IMG/VR virus record: IMGVR_UViG_3300021960_000064
Direction: 5' to 3' (one strand)
Source of the DNA: an uncultured virus (IMG/VR IMGVR_UViG_3300021960_000064)
Lineage: Duplodnaviria; Heunggongvirae; Uroviricota; Caudoviricetes
DNA length: 20,000 nt
Under the pieces are notes generated by a model, which made no database searches, had not been told where the DNA came from, and was given only the letters and a program-made list of their open reading frames with translations. The position numbers and the translations under genes are program-made. Shown here piece by piece: positions 16,199 through 20,000 of this stretch (position 1 is its first letter; each line of letters begins with the position of its first letter).

Positions 16199-16837
16199 TT
16201 ATGCTGCAATTTCTCTCCAGTTTGCTGTTTGGTCATCCTTAACAGGCGACCAAATATTAAGTGTACTTACTACTCCTGTAGCTGATACACCTGTTAATGT
16301 AACATTAGCTGTAATAATAAAAGTTGGATCTCCAACCAATCCAACAGTATTACCAAATACATTTATCACAAATCTATTATCAGTTTGAGTAGTTGCAGTA
16401 CCTAAAGCTGATGTTCCAGCTTGTCCTGTTGGAGTTTGAATAGCTTTTCCTGTAACAGTTAAAGAACCTACTCCACCAGTAGCTCCTAAACCTGAAGGAC
16501 TTACATTGGCTTCTGCATCAGTTGTAGCTGTTCCTAAAGCAGAAGTTCCTGCTAAACCTGAAACATTTAAAGTGTTGTTTGAAACTGTGGTTGCTGTTCC
16601 TAAAGCAGAAGTTCCTGCTAAACCATTGACTCCAATTTTACCACCTGCCTCTACTGCTACGCCACCATTAGTAGCAGTTACGCTTAAACCTGTAAGAGTA
16701 ATTGTTGCTGCTGCTTTTGGTGTTACAGTTCCGAGAGCAGATATTGCTGCTGAAGGTGCAGTAAGTGTAAGTGGTATAGGTTCTCCCCATGTGAGTTGAC
16801 CCCACGTGCCTCTACCCCAACCGTTAACAATAGCCAT
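16199..16837 (-). CDS. Repetitive Gly/Thr/Ala-rich structural (fibre-like) protein, 212 aa
   Basis: N-terminal GWGRGTWGQLTWG followed by about 22-aa repeats (GLAGTSALGTATT). Confidence 0.7.
   Translation of the reverse strand: MAIVNGWGRGTWGQLTWGEPIPLTLTAPSAAISALGTVTPKAAATITLTGLSVTATNGGVAVEAGGKIGVNGLAGTSALGTATTVSNNTLNVSGLAGTSALGTATTDAEANVSPSGLGATGGVGSLTVTGKAIQTPTGQAGTSALGTATTQTDNRFVINVFGNTVGLVGDPTFIITANVTLTGVSATGVVSTLNIWSPVKDDQTANWREIAA
16527..16624. repeat. Exact 32-bp direct repeat (16527-16558, 16593-16624), period 66 nt, within coding 22-aa repeats
   Basis: gctgttcctaaagcagaagttcctgctaaacc twice; a degenerate copy starts at 16395, 132 nt before the first. Confidence 0.9.
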
Positions 16838-16843
16838 TTAAGG

Positions 16844-17272
16844 CTAGGCGATTCTTATAATCGCTGTGCTGGCTGCTGCAGCAGGAAATACAATAGTAAA
16901 GTCTCCAGCGGTAGATGTTTTATCGCCACCAAAGTCAATTGTTGCTACTGATCTATCAGCATTTGTGTCGTTATAAATTAAACAACCTCTAGCAGTAACA
17001 GTCGCTGTACCAAATGTTAAATCAGCAAAGTCAGTAAAACCTGTAGTTCCTGAACTTGTTGGATTAATATTTGTTAAAGCTGAACCACCTGCAGTATAAT
17101 TTGTCCCTGATGATTCTTGACTTGTACTGTACGCTGTAGTAGTAGCACCCATTGTTGCTGAACTAGTGTATAAAGCTAATTTAAATGAATTACCACCAGA
17201 CGCTAAAAAATTATGTTTAGCTTCTAATAGTTCTTTCTTAAAACTAGTCGTAAGTGTTGATGATATTGCCAT
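16844..17272 (-). CDS. Conserved phage structural protein, 142 aa
   Basis: TSFKKELL..HNF...FKLALYTSSA...YTAGG..L...ARGCLIYN..DFGGDKTST.G.F.I.FP motif family seen in tail regions. Confidence 0.7.
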   Translation of the reverse strand: MAISSTLTTSFKKELLEAKHNFLASGGNSFKLALYTSSATMGATTTAYSTSQESSGTNYTAGGSALTNINPTSSGTTGFTDFADLTFGTATVTARGCLIYNDTNADRSVATIDFGGDKTSTAGDFTIVFPAAAASTAIIRIA

Positions 17273-17273
17273 G

Positions 17274-17564
17274 TTAAAGTTCCTTTAATATTTTAGCTAG
17301 GTCTTCGTGACCTTGTGTGCCTAATAGGTTAGCCATTGTACATCGCTCACTGTTCATTGCACATTTAATATGATAAAGTATTGTATTGTAAATAGCTAGT
17401 CTATATTCTTCTGCTTGTTGACGAATATGATCTTGTGCATTTGCAGAAATACCACATATTCTATTCGTACATTGCTCTGCCCAAAACTCAGGGCTATGAC
17501 CTTTATTAGTTTCTGTTTTTACTGTGATTTGACCAAACCCAGAAACACCGTCTGTAGGAAACAA
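17274..17564 (-). CDS. Hypothetical protein, 96 aa
   Basis: TTG start 1 nt after the upstream stop; fills the gap exactly; NKGHSPEFWAE motif. Confidence 0.65.
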   Translation of the reverse strand: MFPTDGVSGFGQITVKTETNKGHSPEFWAEQCTNRICGISANAQDHIRQQAEEYRLAIYNTILYHIKCAMNSERCTMANLLGTQGHEDLAKILKEL

Positions 17565-17565
17565 A

Positions 17566-18306
17566 TTAATACCTTTTAGCTTCTGGTGCGTGAAGTACTG
17601 ATGGTACTTCTATTTCGCCTTGAGTTAATTTTCTTACATTTTCATCTCTGAGTTTTTTATTATATTGACTCAAAGTTGTTTGTTTAAAAGCACCATTTTC
17701 TACTGCCATTATAACAGGGTCAGGTAGTCTATGATAACCATATATTCTTTCATCTATTGGAACGTTAGTGTCTAACAAACCAGATCTTGAACCTACACCT
17801 ACAGTCATTCCTCGCTCAATACATTTAGCTAACCAAAATTCACAACATGCTTTTCCTGCTTCTGCAAAATGCAAATTACCTCTATAACTAAAATCTATTC
17901 CATAAATACTAATTGAGTCTACTTCTTGATACAGAGCAAAAGCGAAAGCAAAAGGTACTGTGTTATTTAAATAAGCACAATCTGCGTATGAAACTACTTC
18001 TTGTAAAGGAAACACTTCTGCGTTAGGTACTCTGTCATCTAGTTCACAAGTGTAGATTGGTCCTTTATAGTTTTTAAACATAGTTGCCATAATTTCAGTT
18101 TGACTACCAGCGTCATCTGTATCGAGAAAACGACTTACTGGATCCATCATAAATACTCTATCACACTTAGTTATTTCACCCATGCAGTTTATTCCCCACA
18201 CTTCATCATACTTGTTACTGTGAACACGAGATAAGTGAAAATCTATTTGACTTTCGCCCATGGCTACTATTGCTACATGTTTGCCTTTAAGTTCTGGTAT
18301 TTTCAT
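17566..18306 (-). CDS. Putative glycosyltransferase of the sialyltransferase/Maf/DUF115-like fold, 246 aa
   Basis: HVAIVAMGES...WGIN...NNTVPFAFAFALYQEVDSISIYGIDFSY parallels the two conserved motifs of GT29/GT42/Maf-type enzymes. Confidence 0.5.
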   Translation of the reverse strand: MKIPELKGKHVAIVAMGESQIDFHLSRVHSNKYDEVWGINCMGEITKCDRVFMMDPVSRFLDTDDAGSQTEIMATMFKNYKGPIYTCELDDRVPNAEVFPLQEVVSYADCAYLNNTVPFAFAFALYQEVDSISIYGIDFSYRGNLHFAEAGKACCEFWLAKCIERGMTVGVGSRSGLLDTNVPIDERIYGYHRLPDPVIMAVENGAFKQTTLSQYNKKLRDENVRKLTQGEIEVPSVLHAPEAKRY

Positions 18307-18953
18307 GCTTGTGGTTCTCTCCTTATTTCATCGTACCTGTATTGGTCTCTAGTTGATTTAGCTTCACCAAGATTTTTTAATCCTAATAAAGCCTCTTGAA
18401 ACTTAGATTCGTATGCTGGTATTGCTTCATAATTTTTGAGATACGTGCATGCTTCGACTAAACTGCCATATAAAATAGCATTAGGAGCATTTTTAGACAG
18501 CCATGTTGTTTCACTGCCTGTAGTAGTAGTGAGTGATGCTGGTCTATAGTAGTAATGCAGTTCAACCTCGTAGGTTGAATCTGGGGTAGGTGCGACTATA
18601 AAAGTATTGTCGTCAAATTCTGCGTAATATTTTGGTAGTCCTGTTGTGGATGCATTAGGAGTAAAATCCCTAATGAAAGAAACTTGTTTTAATAGTAGGT
18701 AGTTATAGTTACTGCTGCTATCTATAACAGCTAAACTAAAAGGTGCTAGGTAATCAGTAGGTGTTTCTAAATAAGTTCCTGAAGATGTAAGGTTTCCAAC
18801 TTGATTTTTTCTAAAATCATCTAACTGTACATTTTTAAATATACGTTCTTCTGCTGTTGTAATAAACGTAGGTAGGTTAGTTACAAAACTAGACTCTGAA
18901 CTTTCTAAGTAATCTTGTATAGCTGTTTTTAAAGTTGTGTATGTAAAACTCAT
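18303..18953 (-). CDS. Head-tail adaptor / tail tubular protein A-like, 216 aa
   Basis: TYTTLKTAIQDY...FITTAEERI...GLPKYYA...APTPD..Y.VELHY...LYGSLVEA adaptor-type motifs; ATGA overlaps. Confidence 0.7.
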   Translation of the reverse strand: MSFTYTTLKTAIQDYLESSESSFVTNLPTFITTAEERIFKNVQLDDFRKNQVGNLTSSGTYLETPTDYLAPFSLAVIDSSSNYNYLLLKQVSFIRDFTPNASTTGLPKYYAEFDDNTFIVAPTPDSTYEVELHYYYRPASLTTTTGSETTWLSKNAPNAILYGSLVEACTYLKNYEAIPAYESKFQEALLGLKNLGEAKSTRDQYRYDEIRREPQA

Positions 18954-19675
18954 GATGTATATATTATACCTCCCATTCCACTATGATTAGTACAATAATA
19001 GTATAGAGTTGGTGCTCCAGATGCTACTTCAATTTGTGTGTAGGCTCCTGAACTTCCTGGAGTTCCACTAGTTGTAACACCTGTTGTATATTCGGTTCCA
19101 CCCCCATGTGTACCGTTTGAAGTGGTGGAAAATCTTAAAGGATGACTACTGTTAGTACTGTCTGACTGATCAAACTTATATGTTTGACCTTCGGTTACTG
19201 TTAAAGCTGCAGCTCTAGAACCATCTATGTAAAAATAATTAGCTCCTAAATAACTAGCTACTGTTACTGTGTATGTTGTTACACTAGGGCTAGGGCTAGG
19301 ACTAGGTGTTGCTGCTACTCCTGATATAGTTACTTCTCCTACACTACCGCTTAATGCAGACATATTATACATCGAGCCTATTGTGTCACTATTTTCTGCC
19401 CACATAATAGGAGAACTTACACCCAGTGAATTTTTCGGGTTAGAAATTATAACATGACCTTGTCCTGTAGTAGGTGCTGAGATTGTAGGTCTTGGTTGAT
19501 GAAGAGACTCTGGATCAGTAACTTGATGAGATGGTTCTAACTGAGGTGATTTAGGTTCATAACATTCACTACAAACTTTAAATCCAGTCCATTCTTTTTT
19601 AAGCTCTAAATAAGCTACATCAAAACCACATCGATCACATATCGCTCGTGCGTATTTACCCTGAGCGTAAGCCAT
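18950..19675 (-). CDS. Cys4 Zn-finger virion-region protein fused via a PS linker to a cupredoxin-like domain, 241 aa
   Basis: CDRC...CSEC; TPSPSPSPS linker; HPLRF...YYCTNHSGMGG. Confidence 0.7.
   Translation of the reverse strand: MAYAQGKYARAICDRCGFDVAYLELKKEWTGFKVCSECYEPKSPQLEPSHQVTDPESLHQPRPTISAPTTGQGHVIISNPKNSLGVSSPIMWAENSDTIGSMYNMSALSGSVGEVTISGVAATPSPSPSPSVTTYTVTVASYLGANYFYIDGSRAAALTVTEGQTYKFDQSDSTNSSHPLRFSTTSNGTHGGGTEYTTGVTTSGTPGSSGAYTQIEVASGAPTLYYYCTNHSGMGGIIYTS
19283..19306. repeat. Hexamer tandem repeat (rctagg x4) encoding a Pro-Ser linker
   Basis: actagg gctagg gctagg actagg. Confidence 0.8.
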
Positions 19676-20000
19676 TAATAGAATCTCCTAGAAGGCGTCA
19701 ACATTAATGAAGCCCTATTTCTATCCTCGTCTGCTGCTAATTTAAAATCTTGTTCGTATTGTTGTTTTAATATCCCTGCTTTTTGAGGATTCTTTTTTAA
19801 TGCGATATAATAAGCCAGCCCACTTACCATACAAGGTATAAATCTTGAAGGTACTTCAGGATTTTCAGCCGACGTATTAACATCATCAATACGTTGTATT
19901 CTGTAAGAAACTAATTTGTAGTTAGAACTGTCTGGTGTTGGCCATATATTTATAACTGGTGTAATTTGTCTATCTACGAAATATTGAGTAGGTCTAGCTT
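19675..20000 (-). CDS. Head-tail adaptor-like protein, 5' part outside the window
   Basis: Hand translation ...RPTQYFVDRQITPVINIWPTPD...VPSRFIPCMVSGLAYYIA...EDRNRASLMLTPSRRFY*; TAATG overlap at 19673-19677. Confidence 0.7.
   Translation of the reverse strand, partial: ARPTQYFVDRQITPVINIWPTPDSSNYKLVSYRIQRIDDVNTSAENPEVPSRFIPCMVSGLAYYIALKKNPQKAGILKQQYEQDFKLAADEDRNRASLMLTPSRRFY

Noticed and set aside
16527..16624. 32-bp repeat / 34-bp spacer / 32-bp repeat resembling a mini-CRISPR array
   Set aside because: The period is 66 nt, in frame with 22-aa protein repeats; neighbouring copies diverge mostly at synonymous sites; no cas genes or leader.
939..19457. All plus-strand ORFs in the track (e.g. 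939-1178, 9449-10296, 11582-11836, 16506-16799)
   Set aside because: Antisense shadows of long minus-strand genes; the Phe-, Ser- or Val/Leu-rich translations mirror the Glu- and Asn/Thr-rich codons.
1..20000. Stop-codon reassignment suggested by in-frame stop-start junctions
   Set aside because: Genes tile the window under the standard code, all three stops are used as terminators, and the in-frame junctions use TAA followed by ATG.

Overview
AT-rich, gene-dense 20 kb segment of a tailed dsDNA phage, with all credible genes on the minus strand. Gene content and motifs resemble marine podoviruses of the pelagiphage HTVC010P/uvMED type; the host cannot be determined from this window. In transcription order (20000 to 1): head-tail adaptor-like genes; a Cys4 Zn-finger protein fused to a cupredoxin-like domain; a glycosyltransferase-like (GT29/GT42/Maf-type) gene; tail fibre and lectin (LamG/SPRY) receptor-binding genes; a 35-aa cationic membrane peptide; an exported three-gene module (Asn/Thr-rich Cys protein, NIDO-like acidic protein, TM-coiled-coil protein); a lysis cassette (holin-like, small TM protein, GH24 lysozyme); tail nozzle; an HNH-like nuclease insertion; and three DNA-ejection/internal virion proteins, the last truncated by the window edge. 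The most unusual element is the exported module at 8382-11931. It is preceded by a perfect extended -10 promoter positioned to give a leaderless mRNA, and that promoter lies inside an inverted repeat that would bury the start codon on read-through transcripts. All family calls come from motif recognition by eye, not from database searches.
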